A stretch of DNA of 64,000 bases from positions 1-64,000 of the forward strand of contig JBEUKZ010000062.1 in NCBI GenBank assembly GCA_048128005.1, written 5' to 3'. This document shows, piece by piece, positions 13,551 through 25,341 of the stretch. Each line of letters begins with the position of its first letter. Position 1 is the stretch's first letter. A model generated the notes under the pieces. The model made no database searches. It was not told the DNA's origin and was given only the letters and a program-made list of their open reading frames with translations. Both the position numbers and the translations under genes were made by a program. Source of the DNA: Veleropilina oligotropha (Eukaryota).

Positions 13551-16165
13551 ATCATAAGTTGCACACACTAAAAATGACACTAAAAATTACCGCTACATGA
13601 ATTCATACATTGCAGAATAAATTGGCTGTTGATGTATTTTTCAAAGATAACCCTAATCTGAAGGACATTTGTCGGTATTCCATAAAAGAAAGAGGGGTGG
13701 CCTGCCTCGAGATCAACAAAACCAAGAGAGCTAAACATGATACATTTGCCAGTTCATGTCTCTTGCATGTTTTGGCCACTGCTGATGTCCCGAATACATT
13801 TAAAGTCTGGGAAGTTAAAGCAGGCAATGTTCAATTCCATGATGAATAATGACATTCATCGAGTGGAAACAATTATGTCCTTCATCACGGCATCTCATTA
13901 ATCTGACCTGATGCTTTATTGTGAAGCAGAAGAATACCCGAGCAACTGTTTATGCGATGGATAGCATAAAGTACAAATGGCTCTGACCATGCTATATTTC
14001 AGATATATATGACCTTAGGTCTAACCACCCAGACACTTCGCCTTCAGAACAAACTACAAGCAACAGTAATCTTCTCTTTGAATATAGCCACCATGATAAA
14101 TCAGACACACTAATGGTCTGGATTGGCGTGTTAGCAACAAGACGTGCTTCGCAAAATTCGCATCGCACATTTTTCGTTCCCAACACGGACTTCATATTGT
14201 CTGTTATAATATTTTCCCACGAAACACATGCATCTCTATGGTATCATCGGTGGCTCTAATTCAGCCAATCTCGAGAGCTTTGAGCTGCAATGCAGCAAAG
14301 GCATAAGTAATTCATGCTTTTACAAGAGCAGACGCTGGCATTTCTGTCGAATAGGCAAAGACATATTTGGATAGAGTTATATCTCAAGGCGACAATCAAG
14401 TTATCAAGGCACTATAAGAGCATAGTGATATTGCGTAGGTGACAGAGGAACGTCTGGTCTTACTTGCGACAATTGTATGTGCCGTATATTATCCAAGAGG
14501 AAACCATATCAATAACATACCTGAAGTGAAGTGGCATCTATTTTACAATTGTATGTCGGAGAATAATTGGTTATGAGAACGAGCCAGCATATCGCAACAA
14601 TAATTCTTGGATCCTCTACGAAATGAATACTATCGACAAATGACCCCCCCCCCCGACTCCTGTATTACTTGAAATGGTAAAATGCAGGTGCAAGTTGGAG
14701 TGTCCAGAATGATGATGACTCAATAGAAAACACTTTAGCCAATGATAGTCATGATGATGAAATTTATTAGATTTTGGGCTAAATGTTATATTGGTTTGAG
14801 AATTGAGCCGTGATAATATAAAAATATAATCTTTAAATGTGTAATTTTTCACTAATTAATACGGCTTAGCAAGTACAATATACTAGTATAAGACTCAATA
14901 TTCACATTGTTTAAACCAGCCAACTCATTATTTATCAGCAAATTCCTTAGTTCAAAGCGAAAGAAACCAGTCAGTGTATGCAAGTCGGAATATGCATTAC
15001 ATCAATCTCCACGCATGCGCCGACTGCGCCATGCTACATCGATGGTATTGTATGGACGGATACGACAGAGGAAGGGAAGCAACTCTGCTGGAGATTGGCA
15101 TTACATATTATACCTGCGATCTCATTGGAGGCGCTCGAACACATTACCATTAAATTTTATAGCAAACTTGCAGGAACAGTTTAAACCGCATGGTCCAACA
15201 GTCCACAATACGACATGCAGAATTCCATATCATTGTTGGTATAGTTTTTCCTGTATCTTAATTGTAGTATGTGAAGGTTTCAAAATATATAGCAACCTAT
15301 CATTGAAGAATGCACCCGTACTTATCCGCTGGCGAAAATATCAATACTCAGTGAGTTATATTAAATGGCTAGGATGTTAAAAGGCTGTTTTGTCTTGGTA
15401 AATAAATACATTTATGTGTTATAAAAGCTGGACAATGACAAAAATGGATTTTGTATAGGGGCCATTTTAACTCCAATATGGCTGCCTATCTTCTTAGATG
15501 GGCTCGAAGTCATTATACCATGTAGGCCTACATTTAAAGCAAGGAACAATTTAAGCTGCATGAATCCAAAAGGCCACAATGTAGCCTGCAGCATTTCATA
15601 TGATTGATGGTGAGTTTATGCTGTATCCTGTGGAATGGTGAAAATGGTCCATTTGCATGCATTCAAAATGGCCGCCAATCATTGAAAAATGCATAAAAGA
15701 GACTCGTACTTATCCGGGGGTGAAAATATTAATACTTTGTGTTCTATATTCAGTAGGTTGGAGGTTAAGATGCTGTTTTGTCTTGATAAATGAATACATT
15801 TATGTAATTTAAAAGCTGGAGAATGACTATAAAGGATTTTGCAATGCCGCCATTTTGAATTCCAATATGGCCGCCATAACGGATTTTCCTCAAATGCAAA
15901 CATTGGTTGGAGGTTGGAGGTTAAGATGCTGTTTTGTCTTGATAAATGAATACATTTATGTAATTTAAAAGCTGGAGAATGACTATAAAGGATTTTGCAA
16001 TGCCGCCATTTGAATTCCAATATGGCCGCCATAACGGATTTTACTCAAATGCAAACATTGGTTTTTGAACTCCCCAGGGTATACAGTTTTCAAATATATA
16101 TAAGTTTGCAAATCTCCAAGAAAAAAAAAACGAAACCCTTTTTTAGGACATAGTGAACCTGACTA

Positions 16166-16600
16166 TAACGAATTTCTGTCGATTCAGGTGATGATCTCTC
16201 AAATTTTCAGGTCAAAAGGGAAAAGAACATGATCCGATATCTCGCAAGCTACTGTTTTTGTACTTTTGTTGTCTAGTGGAATCATCACACTGTCGACTAA
16301 GTCATTACTTCTCCGTGTTGGATCTTTAACAATTTGTGTGAGTCAGCATGGAGCTAGTGGAATTTAACCACATCTGGGTGGTCAACTACATCCAAGTTTA
16401 AATTAGCATCACAAGCCATTAAATGAAACTCGGCCGAGGCTGAGGCATTTACTAGATATTTGTCTTATCTCGGCTTACCCAGTCGGTGTGAAAGGATACC
16501 AGATGGGCTTATATAAGCAACTGCGCTATCCGCGTGTAATAACTGTAATGGTATCGGATGGAGTTGAAATGGACAATCATGCAATCATAAGGGGTGAGGT
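16166..16600 (-). mobile_element. LINE APE fragment continuing at ~11150-11525
   Basis: DANLNLDVVDHPDVVKF, similar to the 3560-4210 fragment. Confidence 0.55.
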
Positions 16601-17708
16601 TTGATGCCCCTGTATATGGTGATGAATTAGATGACAGAAAATGGCTTTACGACAGATCCAAAACTTTACACAAGCGGGTGGTCTGTATACAATTAGGAAA
16701 CTTGATAAACTGTGGGCGTAAAAATATCTATAGCACGTTTAAACTGTCAGAATGCAGGAGAGAGGGCTTCACACCATATTTGTCAATATTTTCTGGGGGG
16801 GCCATGTGGTCGGGACCCCTTTTAGAAATCAAACTTCCATGTGTTTGATTGTGAATTTTACTAACGCATTTTAGGGAAAATAGTTCATAAATGTCGATAA
16901 GAATGCAGAAGACGGGGTTTCACTCCGTTAATAGGCAAATGTTTCTGGGGAAGGGGCAGGTGATCCAGACCCTCTTTGGAAATAAGAAATGCATGTGTTT
17001 GATTGTGGTAAAAACGAAAAATTTCCTCATACATATGAGTGAAGGTGGTTCATAAATGTATGTAAGGAATATCGTGTTTGCATTGCAATAATGCAGGAGA
17101 GGGGGTTTCACACCGTGAAATGTCAAAATTTTCTTCGAACAAGTGGTCTGGACCCGTAACTTTTAATATCAGAAATGTATTTGGTTGATTGTGAAAAAAC
17201 GAAAGATTGCCTCACAGTAAAATTGTCATGTAGTTGGAAGTATTAAATTCAGCATTAGCTCTTCATTCTGCTTCCTACGCCTCCAGTCATCGCTGCAACT
17301 AAACTTTTGTTGTAGTTTGAAGTAATACATTCTGCAATACCTTTCCATTTTGCTTATTATGTCTTCGGTCATCGCTTACACAGGAGTTGCCCAAGCGTTT
17401 AGGTTGTCTGCTTTTGGCGCCTTGGTGATAGGTACTGCTCGAGTAATGTGATAATGCATGTTTTGGCAAAATATATCCAAAGTGGCATTTAACGATCACA
17501 GATAACAATTGATAGTTCAGAGATCAAACATAATGGAATGGGAAATCCAACACCTCGTATTTTTGGCTTCCATTCCTTTTTAAAGAAAGTGCATAACTTA
17601 TGCAATTCCCTTCTCCGTGTTATAGAGTTATTGAGTAGTGTAGCATTAATGTTGACGGTTCCCAACTCTTTTGTGACAGGTACTGTGCTTCTGTGAGGTC
17701 TTTGTGTT

Positions 17709-19207
17709 TTTTAACCCCGGCCTAAAAAAGGCTGGGGTTATTGTTATTGCCCGAGGCGGGCGGGCGGGCGGTCCATGTTGTCCGGCCTATATCTCGGCTA
17801 CCAAACATGTTACCTTGATTTCATATGGTATGCTAACTACCCTTATCATACGCTGGTGCATGGTGGCGAACTTTCACGTGAATGACCTTTGACCTTGCGG
17901 CAATGACCTTTGACCCTCGGGCGGGCGGGCGGACGGGCGGTCCATGTTGTCCGGCCTATATCTCGGCTACCAAACATGTTACCTTGATTTCATATGGTAT
18001 GCTAACTACCCTTATCATACGCTAGTGCATGGTGGCGAAATTTCACGTGAATGACCTTTGACCTTGCGGCTATGACCTTTGACCCTTAAATTTTGTCCGG
18101 GCCGATTCTCGGAGACCAAACATGTTAGCCTTCTAATTATTTTTTAAATGTGTTGCCTATACTTAAAACCTGTGCATGGCAATAAAATTTTGATCATTTG
18201 ACCTTTGACCTCTGCGTAGTGACCTTCACAAATTTTCTATATTTAGATTTTTTTATTTTTCGTATTTTTTTCTTTTTCGGGGCCAAACTATTCCTTTAGG
18301 GTTAGTACATCATATAACAAATACGAAAAATGGCCTTTGGTCAAAGGTCAAGGTCACAGTGGTCAAAATATACTCGCAATTCGCTATGTTGTCCGGTCTA
18401 TATCTCAGCTAACAAACATGTTACCTTGATTTCATATGGTATGCTAACTACCCTTATTATACGCTAGTGCATGGTGGCGAAATTTTACGTGAATGACCTT
18501 TGACCTTGCGGCAATGACCTTTGACCCTTAAATTTTGTCCGGGCCGGTTCTCGGAGACCAAACATGTTAGCGTTCTAATTTTTTCTTAGATGTGTTGCCT
18601 ATACTTCAAACCTGTGCATGGCAATACAATTTTGATCATTTTGACTTTTGACCTCTGCGTAGTGACCGTCACAAATTTTCTATATTTAGATTTTTTTAAT
18701 TTTTCGTAATTTTTTTTTTTTTCGGGCCAAACTATTCCTTTAGGGTTAGTACATCATATAACAAATACGAAAAATGGCCTTTGGTCAAAGGTCAAGGCCA
18801 CAGAGGTAAAAATATACTCGCAATTTGCAATGTTGTCCGGCCTATATCTCGGCTACCAAACATGTTACCTTTATTTCATATGGTATGCTAACTACCCTTA
18901 TTATACGCTAGTGCATGGTGGATAAATTTCATGTGAATGACCTTTGACATTGCGGAAATGACCTTTGACCCTTAAATTTTGTCCGGGCCGGTAATGGCCT
19001 TTGGTCAAAGGTCAAGGTCACAGAGGTCTAAATATACTCAGAATTTTTTCTTTCTTTTCAATTATTTTTTCATCCGAACTTCTTCATGATGGACAGTTAG
19101 CACAGTGTTTAGCCAAGGGCTACTAGCAAGGTCAAGATCACAGATTTTATATGGCAGTCTGATTGCTATATAAGGCTGGGGTTCCTGATAGCCGGGCGGC
19201 TGTCTAT
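17709..19207 (+). mobile_element. Helentron-associated non-autonomous element (HINE/DINE-1-like)
   Basis: 5' hairpin AACCCCGGCCT-AAAAA-AGGCTGGGGTT, (GGGC)n, internal tandem repeats with TGACCTTTGACC, 3' AAGGCTGGGGTT plus stem-loop GATAGCCG..CGGCTGTC, T-rich flanks. Confidence 0.75.
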
Positions 19208-19328
19208 TTTTTTACATCAAATAGTATTCCCATGGTAAATGTGTTAATAATGTATGCCTGGTGTTTTCCTGCCGTTATGTGGTGATCCGTCTGTCTTGGC
19301 AGACCTCGGGAATGACATGTGTGAGCTT

Positions 19329-19556
19329 AGCAGCAGGGGGGGTGATTGGACTTTTTAGAATGGGAAAATAAGGCTCCCAGCACCTGTTCAGAACTGAGCT
19401 GGTATTACTGAGGGGAACTATGGAGTATAGACTAGGGGCGGGGCGGCCGCCGTGGAGGCTCCCAGCCCTATTTTGGGACTGAGGGTAGGGATTGTATTAC
19501 AAAAAGTCACCGTGTGTACAAACTAGGGTAGCTTAGAATAGTCAGCAGGGGGGTGA
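19329..19556 (+). repeat. Left terminal inverted repeat of copy 1
   Basis: Reverse complement of 35775-36002. Confidence 0.95.
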
Positions 19557-19606
19557 TTGGACTTTTTAGAATGGCAAAATAGCAGCCCGGCGAAGGCTAC
19601 AGGACA

Positions 19607-19795
19607 TCACTGAGGGCCCGCCAGCGTTTGATTTCGTGCAACTCCCTTTCTACCGTCTTTGGTCTTCTTCTTATATATCGCTTGTTCACCATTGTCGAGT
19701 ACAACGATCAAAACGTTATAGCCCCGGTTTAAGAGGTTTTTAACGCGCCTGAAGCTCCGTTCGCTGTACAGCGTAGGAATGTCTTCCTGCGGCAT
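19607..19795 (-). CDS. Small basic terminal ORF (MPQEDIPTLY..., 62 aa)
   Basis: ATG context and first codons are shared with copy 2 ORF 52700-52945. Lys/Arg-rich. Confidence 0.45.
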   Translation of the reverse strand: MPQEDIPTLYSERSFRRVKNLLNRGYNVLIVVLDNGEQAIYKKKTKDGRKGVARNQTLAGPQ

Positions 19796-19943
19796 GTTGC
19801 TTTCAAGTATAACTACACAACGTCTAACATGCCGATATAGTAGTATGTAGTAAGAGCCCGTAGGGACGGCCCACAACCCTCGCCGGCCCGGGCTCTCTTT
19901 TAGACATACCCATCGGACGGGTATATCCAATGCAAAGGATACG
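19796..19943. promoter_or_regulatory. Putative bidirectional promoter between the terminal ORF and the Zn-finger/replicase genes
   Basis: Non-coding block (GGCCCGGGCTC.CTTTTAGACATACCCAT...TGCAAAGGATACGATG) conserved in all three copies (also 52946-53094 and ~571-632 on the minus strand). Confidence 0.45.
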
Positions 19944-20219
19944 ATGTGGGGAACGGACACCTGTCAATGGCTCACCATCAGCTCCACGGAGCTATGTGGT
20001 AAGAGATGTCTGAACACGTATTGCAAAGTCCACCTGGCTCGGCTACGGCGAAATGGCCGGGGCACAAAGCCCTGCATCAAATGCGGCAAAGGCGTCTTTA
20101 ACCGGTTTACGTTGTGCCGGGGTTGTGGGTATCAGAATGAAGACGTTAAGGACTGGCAACGAAAGAAAAGGGCCTTCCAGAGAGAGTTTCGCCGCATGGC
20201 TGCAATCTACCACACGTAA
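19944..20219 (+). CDS. Small Cys/His-rich zinc-finger protein
   Basis: C...C..C...CxxH plus CxxC...CxxC. Intact and conserved in all three copies. Confidence 0.8.
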   Translation: MWGTDTCQWLTISSTELCGKRCLNTYCKVHLARLRRNGRGTKPCIKCGKGVFNRFTLCRGCGYQNEDVKDWQRKKRAFQREFRRMAAIYHT

Positions 20220-20234
20220 TTTCCTATTAGAGAA

Positions 20235-23200
20235 ATGATTTGGCGTAGTGTATACCCCCCCAGCAACATGGATGACCTGCGCAATCTAGCGAAAGATTAT
20301 GGGATTCCCGCTCGGTCGAAGCTCAAGAAGCACGACCTCGTCAGGGCAATCGCCAGGGTCCGTGCTGCGGAGTTTCGGAGCAGACTCGAGCGGGCGATGA
20401 AAACGGGAAGGTTCCCCTCCATACGTGGAGATGTGGAGAACCCCCACAAAAGAGGCCGACGTGCTCGCGAGTTGCGGCAGATTAAGGACGAGGTCGACGC
20501 CGCCCTGCAGGCTCGTAAATACGAATCCCAGGCTGAGAAAAATCCCAGGATTCGACTGAAGCCACTTCGCGCCATCACGGATCGAATCGTCAAGCGGTCT
20601 CGGAAAGAGACCCTTGCCCATGCTATTGCTCGGAAGGGGCCCGATCTTCTCATCTCCAAAACGCCCCGGACAGCCCAGGACTACCAGAAGGATCTTCTAG
20701 GGCAATTTACCACACCCGAGGGACAACGATTCATCGACCTGGATGACCAGGTCCCTCCCCCAGTAAGGCTCCCAGCAAAAGAGCCATGGGTGGAACTCTT
20801 GAGCGACGCCAAAGACGAGTTTGAGGTCGATGGCGCCACGGCGGCTTTCTCCACATGGAGGGTAGAAGTGGCTGGACGGCTGGCCCTGGATGCCCGTATG
20901 ACAGATGCAAGGGCGGCACAGCTCCTCACAGCCCTTCCAAAGGGCGAGTTTCTCCTTAGGATAAAGTTCTTGCGTGAGTGGGGTGAAGGTGACTGGGTGG
21001 TCGAAGACAAGTTTGACCCGGTGAAGGCTGCGAGAAAGAAGGGCCAGGGTGTCTTTGAGATCTCTCAGGATACTAAGCCGGGTGCTATCACTGGGGTCGA
21101 CAAGGTCTACTACGAGAATGCCTACCCGGTCACTGCAGTCGTCTACGGCGTCTATCCTCTCAGAGAACCAAACCCCGCCAACCTGGTTCCGATGAAGAAC
21201 GGCGACCTCAACTGCGTTGCCCAACGAGTGGTTGAGCACTTCGAAGGTGCCCTTAGAGGAAACGGACTCACCCCGACAAGGCGGCAGAAAATACTGGAGT
21301 GGGAAGAGCGAGTCCACGTAACAGGCGCCACTGTGGATGATATATCCATCCTCGAGAGGATCCTCAAACGGGCGATCATACTGAGAGATATTGCCGGCGA
21401 GGACATCTACAGCAGTGGGAAGTACCAGGGCTGGCATAGACCAGTAGAACTCATCTGTCACAACGGCCACGCCTGGTCCAAGGACCTACACTTTCCGCAG
21501 TCTCGCGAGGTCCACCTGTATGAGGGCGATGTCTGGGAAGCTATCCGACAAGCCACCCAGAATGAGCCATTGGCTGTCTGGCTCCTTGGCGGTAAAGACC
21601 GACAGCTTGGCGTGGACCAGTTCGTGCTTCAGGACGGCCGCACGTACAGGACAAAAGAGACTCACGAGATACTCCAAGAAGCCTGTACAGCGCTGGGAAA
21701 CGAGTCCCTAGCCGATCGAGCCTTTGGCGTGAACCATGCAGCTAGCATTATGGCTAAAGAGACCAACGGCTGGAAACCCACCCCGGCGAGCCTGCTCGAT
21801 GACATCCAGAAGGCCTGTGTAGAGCATGGCCACGGCGGTCTCTGGAATTCCATGAACTACGATACGGGCGATGTCTGCTGCATCGACATGAAAGCCTGCT
21901 ACCCTGCCAGCTTTCTGGGGAAGGGCGAGGCTAAGCCGTACTTCGAAAGATTCGGGCACCCAACCCACAGCATGACCCGGGTCGCAATTAACGGTCCTCT
22001 ACCCCGAGAAATCGGTACCGGGTTTGCCGAGGTCGTGGAATGGGAGTTCGCACAAGACATCCACCCCGTCATTGTAGCATGGTTCGGGAAGCACTTTGCA
22101 GAGAATGGATGGGCACCAACCCCGCTGCTCGCCTTCCTCATAGACTCTGGACTGCTAAAAAGCCTCAAGATCCGAGAAGCCATCATCGCATTCAAAAAGC
22201 AGACCGATGTCTGGCTTCCTCCGGATCGTGACCAGGGCTGCAGTATCATCGGCAAATTCACCCAAGGCGCCAAAGCTGACGGAAAGCGATTGACTCGTAG
22301 ACTGGTGACCGACCAGGGTGAGCTCGACTTCCTCGTAAGAGACACCCGCCAAAGCGGCACCCTGGTTGGCGCTCCTCAGAGATGCCCTATGGGGCACATC
22401 CTCACGTACTATGATGGCTCCCAGCCTCAGTACGCCCACCTGAGGGCGTCCATGTTGGCCTATGCCCACATAAACCTCTTGAGCATGCTTCAGCGTTTCA
22501 GTGCAGCAGAAGCCGTCCGAGTAGCCACTGACAGCATCTACCTCAAGAAGGCCTCGTTGGAGAAGCTCGACGATGTCACGGTGTACGTTGCCCCCAGACT
22601 CTGCGGCTGTGGCGAGAAATCGTGCATCTCATGTCTGATCGCGGAGCCGTACCTTCCGCCAGTAGCACCAGCCCAGTGGCGTGACAAGGGCGAACAGCTG
22701 TATATGCCACAGGAACATGCCGCATACCTACCCAAGCCAGAGTATTGTTGTGCCGCCAATTCCAGCCAGCCGAGCACCGCGCCATGCTACAATGACACAC
22801 TGACCCACCATCGCCTGAGTTACCTCAACGGTGGAGGGGGCTGTGGCAAGACTACGAGAGCGATCGAGCTCTTTCGGGCAAGGAATCCCGTCGTGTTCAC
22901 ACCAACCCACCGCCTCGCTAAAGAGATGCGGACCAGAGGCGTCAAAGCCCAGACCTACCACAGCTTCTTCCGATGGAGCGGCCAGAATGACTGGACGCCT
23001 GACCGCATGGGTCAGAAGTTCATCCCGCGCGTCATTATCTGGGACGAGGTCTGTACTGTTCCCCGGGCTATTCTAGAGATGTTCTTGGACTGGCTGGGCC
23101 GCCACGAAGTGCAGGTTATCTGCTGTGGTGATCAAGGCCAGCCACCACCGATTACGGGCGAGATGCCGCACGATTGGCTGCGAAAGACCGCGGACTACTA

Positions 23201-24098
23201 TGAAGAGATCGAAGTAGACTACAGGGCGAAAGACGACCCTGCCCTCCAAGCCCTGAAAAGACGTATCCGTCTCCAGCCCGACAAAGTCCAGTGCGACGAG
23301 ATGCGACGGACCCTCCCCAGCTGCCTCGGATGGGACCGGTTCGTCAACACCTGGAAGCCAGGCGACCTAATCCTCACAAGCCGTCAGAAGGTCCGCGAAC
23401 GGGCTCAAGAGCTGTTGCTCCAGAGGCACAAGGAGCACTTCCCAGACTCCATGGTGCCTATCCTGTACCACCCCAGGGACAGCAGAAAACAGAACATCAT
23501 GGTAACCATTCCGGGCACCAGCGACAGAGAGGAGCTAGTTCTGAACGACGTCGTCGAGGTCACCATTGAGGCCGCTGAGCGGGCTATCCTGACCCCGGAT
23601 TGGCGCCTGGGCTATGCCCTGACCATCCATTCGAGCCAGGGTCTTACGATTCACGACCCACAGAAAGTCTGGATCATCGACGACTACCTTCAGTGGAGTA
23701 ATCTCGCCTACCTAGCCGTGTCCCGGGTGGAGCTGCTGCGTCAGCTCGAACGGGTAACCTGTCCACCGGATGAGGGTTCTGAGGACAGGCCCCCCCAAAC
23801 CGAGCAACAGCTCCGAAAGACCATCCAGAAAAAGCTTGTGGCGTACAAACGCCAGGACCAGGCAACGGGACTCCCGGGGTTTAACCTCAAGGTCGACGAC
23901 ATCCTGCGGCTCAGAGAGGCCCAAAACAACCGCTGCGCAGCATGCAACATAGAGCTGCTCTGGGCATATTCCCCGAAGGACACACAGCAGTTCAGTGTCG
24001 ACCGTGTGGACAACAGCAGGGGCCACACCCGCGACAACGTGCGCTTAACGTGTCTGGAATGTAACCGGAAACGAGGATTTGCGGTTGTTAACGCCTGA
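20235..24098 (+). CDS. Multidomain replicase: Rho_N-like N-terminus, OTU-like module, divergent protein-primed-type PolB, SF1B helicase, HNH-like nuclease (1287 aa)
   Basis: PolB-like motifs IDMKACYP (A), SIIGKF (B), ASMLAYAH and VATDSIY (C). Helicase motifs GGGGCGKT, IIWDE, GDQGQPPP, YALTIHSSQGLT, YLAVSR. C-terminal CAAC...SVDRVDNSRGH...NV...CLECN. GDLNC...HNGH. Confidence 0.85.
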   Translation: MIWRSVYPPSNMDDLRNLAKDYGIPARSKLKKHDLVRAIARVRAAEFRSRLERAMKTGRFPSIRGDVENPHKRGRRARELRQIKDEVDAALQARKYESQAEKNPRIRLKPLRAITDRIVKRSRKETLAHAIARKGPDLLISKTPRTAQDYQKDLLGQFTTPEGQRFIDLDDQVPPPVRLPAKEPWVELLSDAKDEFEVDGATAAFSTWRVEVAGRLALDARMTDARAAQLLTALPKGEFLLRIKFLREWGEGDWVVEDKFDPVKAARKKGQGVFEISQDTKPGAITGVDKVYYENAYPVTAVVYGVYPLREPNPANLVPMKNGDLNCVAQRVVEHFEGALRGNGLTPTRRQKILEWEERVHVTGATVDDISILERILKRAIILRDIAGEDIYSSGKYQGWHRPVELICHNGHAWSKDLHFPQSREVHLYEGDVWEAIRQATQNEPLAVWLLGGKDRQLGVDQFVLQDGRTYRTKETHEILQEACTALGNESLADRAFGVNHAASIMAKETNGWKPTPASLLDDIQKACVEHGHGGLWNSMNYDTGDVCCIDMKACYPASFLGKGEAKPYFERFGHPTHSMTRVAINGPLPREIGTGFAEVVEWEFAQDIHPVIVAWFGKHFAENGWAPTPLLAFLIDSGLLKSLKIREAIIAFKKQTDVWLPPDRDQGCSIIGKFTQGAKADGKRLTRRLVTDQGELDFLVRDTRQSGTLVGAPQRCPMGHILTYYDGSQPQYAHLRASMLAYAHINLLSMLQRFSAAEAVRVATDSIYLKKASLEKLDDVTVYVAPRLCGCGEKSCISCLIAEPYLPPVAPAQWRDKGEQLYMPQEHAAYLPKPEYCCAANSSQPSTAPCYNDTLTHHRLSYLNGGGGCGKTTRAIELFRARNPVVFTPTHRLAKEMRTRGVKAQTYHSFFRWSGQNDWTPDRMGQKFIPRVIIWDEVCTVPRAILEMFLDWLGRHEVQVICCGDQGQPPPITGEMPHDWLRKTADYYEEIEVDYRAKDDPALQALKRRIRLQPDKVQCDEMRRTLPSCLGWDRFVNTWKPGDLILTSRQKVRERAQELLLQRHKEHFPDSMVPILYHPRDSRKQNIMVTIPGTSDREELVLNDVVEVTIEAAERAILTPDWRLGYALTIHSSQGLTIHDPQKVWIIDDYLQWSNLAYLAVSRVELLRQLERVTCPPDEGSEDRPPQTEQQLRKTIQKKLVAYKRQDQATGLPGFNLKVDDILRLREAQNNRCAACNIELLWAYSPKDTQQFSVDRVDNSRGHTRDNVRLTCLECNRKRGFAVVNA

Positions 24099-25086
24099 GA
24101 ACCGGCGGCAGCTGGGTATCACGAGGCACCACGAGAAGTTCCTCACGAACGAAGCCACGCGGTGGTCCATCCAGCAAGTAGTAGAGCACAGGCTCGTCAG
24201 GCTTAGTGACGGAGCGTCCAAGCCTGTAAACTTTTAGAGACCACACCGGGTCAGTAGCACGGCGATGACCCCCCTCCAGCTCACCATCGTAGTAAAGGTA
24301 GCGAACATCTACGTCAGAGGGGAGTTTCTGTTCCTTCCCCTGTCGGCCTGGAACAGTGGCGCCTGGCTTTTGGGCAACGCGAGGTGCCTTGATGGCGTCC
24401 TTGGGCTTTTTACCGGTCAGCCTGGTCACTTCCCCATTCAAGGCCGCAACTACAGCTGCTAACCGGGCGACCCACTCAGTTGACCTTTGACCCTCTTTCG
24501 CAGACTCTGCAAACCGCATCTCTGTTGCATACTGGTGCCCGAAGAGCCGCTCAGCGAGCGTCCGGTTGAAGCGCTACACAATGCCCTGATCGCGATGGAT
24601 ATCCACACGGCCACGCCTAACCTCGACGTTATTCTTTGCCAGCAGCTGGGAAACCGCGCCCATAAACTCTCGCCCTGGATCGACTTGAAGCAGTTTCGGC
24701 CAGCCAAGAGGACTCCGCCTGTAGATTCGGGCTAGTGCTTCAGCAACCCCTTTGGCCTCTTTTGTGACCAGAGGCTCAGCCTCTTTAAAGCGACTGGCCA
24801 CATCAACCACAGTCAAAGCGTACTTATAGGTCTTGTGTCTGACCTTGTCATGGGGGAGAAACAGGAGGTCGGCTTGGTGAACCTCGTTTGGCGTTACGAC
24901 GTCGAATTTTGGTCTTGGAATCCGCCGTGGCGCAGGTAAATAGATCTGCCATATAGCCTGCCTCTTAAGCCATGTCCGGGCCTCCACTTCAGACGCCTTG
25001 GCAGCCTCCGCTAGTTTCTTTATCGCGGCAATGCCTTTCCAGTAGCCCTTAGGGCTGTAGTACATCCTCGCAAGCTTACTATCCAT
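24088..25086 (-). pseudogene. Polinton-type DDE (rve) integrase with a nonsense mutation
   Basis: HQADL and QVDPGREF motifs are present. TAG at 24574-24576 replaces the GAG of VERFNRTL that is intact in copy 2. Confidence 0.92.
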
Positions 25087-25315
25087 CAGCAATGTATTCC
25101 AGTAAACTGATCAGTCTCCAACAGGCTTCAGCTTCCGGAGCCGGTCGCTGCGCAGTCGTCTCCCAAAGGTTGGTCGGGCCCGAGAGCACCAGGACCGCGA
25201 ACCGCACCATAGTCTTTTCGTCGCGGCGCCAGCAGTCGAGTAACGTAGTACTATAGCCGACCGCAAGCATAGCGCAGTACAGCTCTTCTGGGAGCCCCAT
25301 TACTATACCTGGCAC
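25079..25315 (-). CDS. Hypothetical small viral protein (78 aa)
   Basis: Frame is conserved in copy 2 (58044-58280) and fills the gap between genes, but the start is non-ATG. Confidence 0.35.
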   Translation of the reverse strand: MPGIVMGLPEELYCAMLAVGYSTTLLDCWRRDEKTMVRFAVLVLSGPTNLWETTAQRPAPEAEACWRLISLLEYIADG

Positions 25316-25341
25316 ACGAAAAAAATGTCCACTGGAAATAA

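Larger units (their letters stand above)
11526..16165. mobile_element. Non-autonomous Academ-like element (TAG...CTA ends, 3-bp TAA TSD) inserted in a LINE remnant
   Basis: Imperfect ~150-bp inverted ends. Removing the element and one TAA restores the minus-strand frame EIRYRKVN. Confidence 0.65.

Noticed and set aside
22800..24098. Helitron Rep/Helicase
   Set aside because: No HUH Rep motifs; the helicase is fused to PolB-like motifs inside a TIR/TSD-bounded element with integrase and ATPase.
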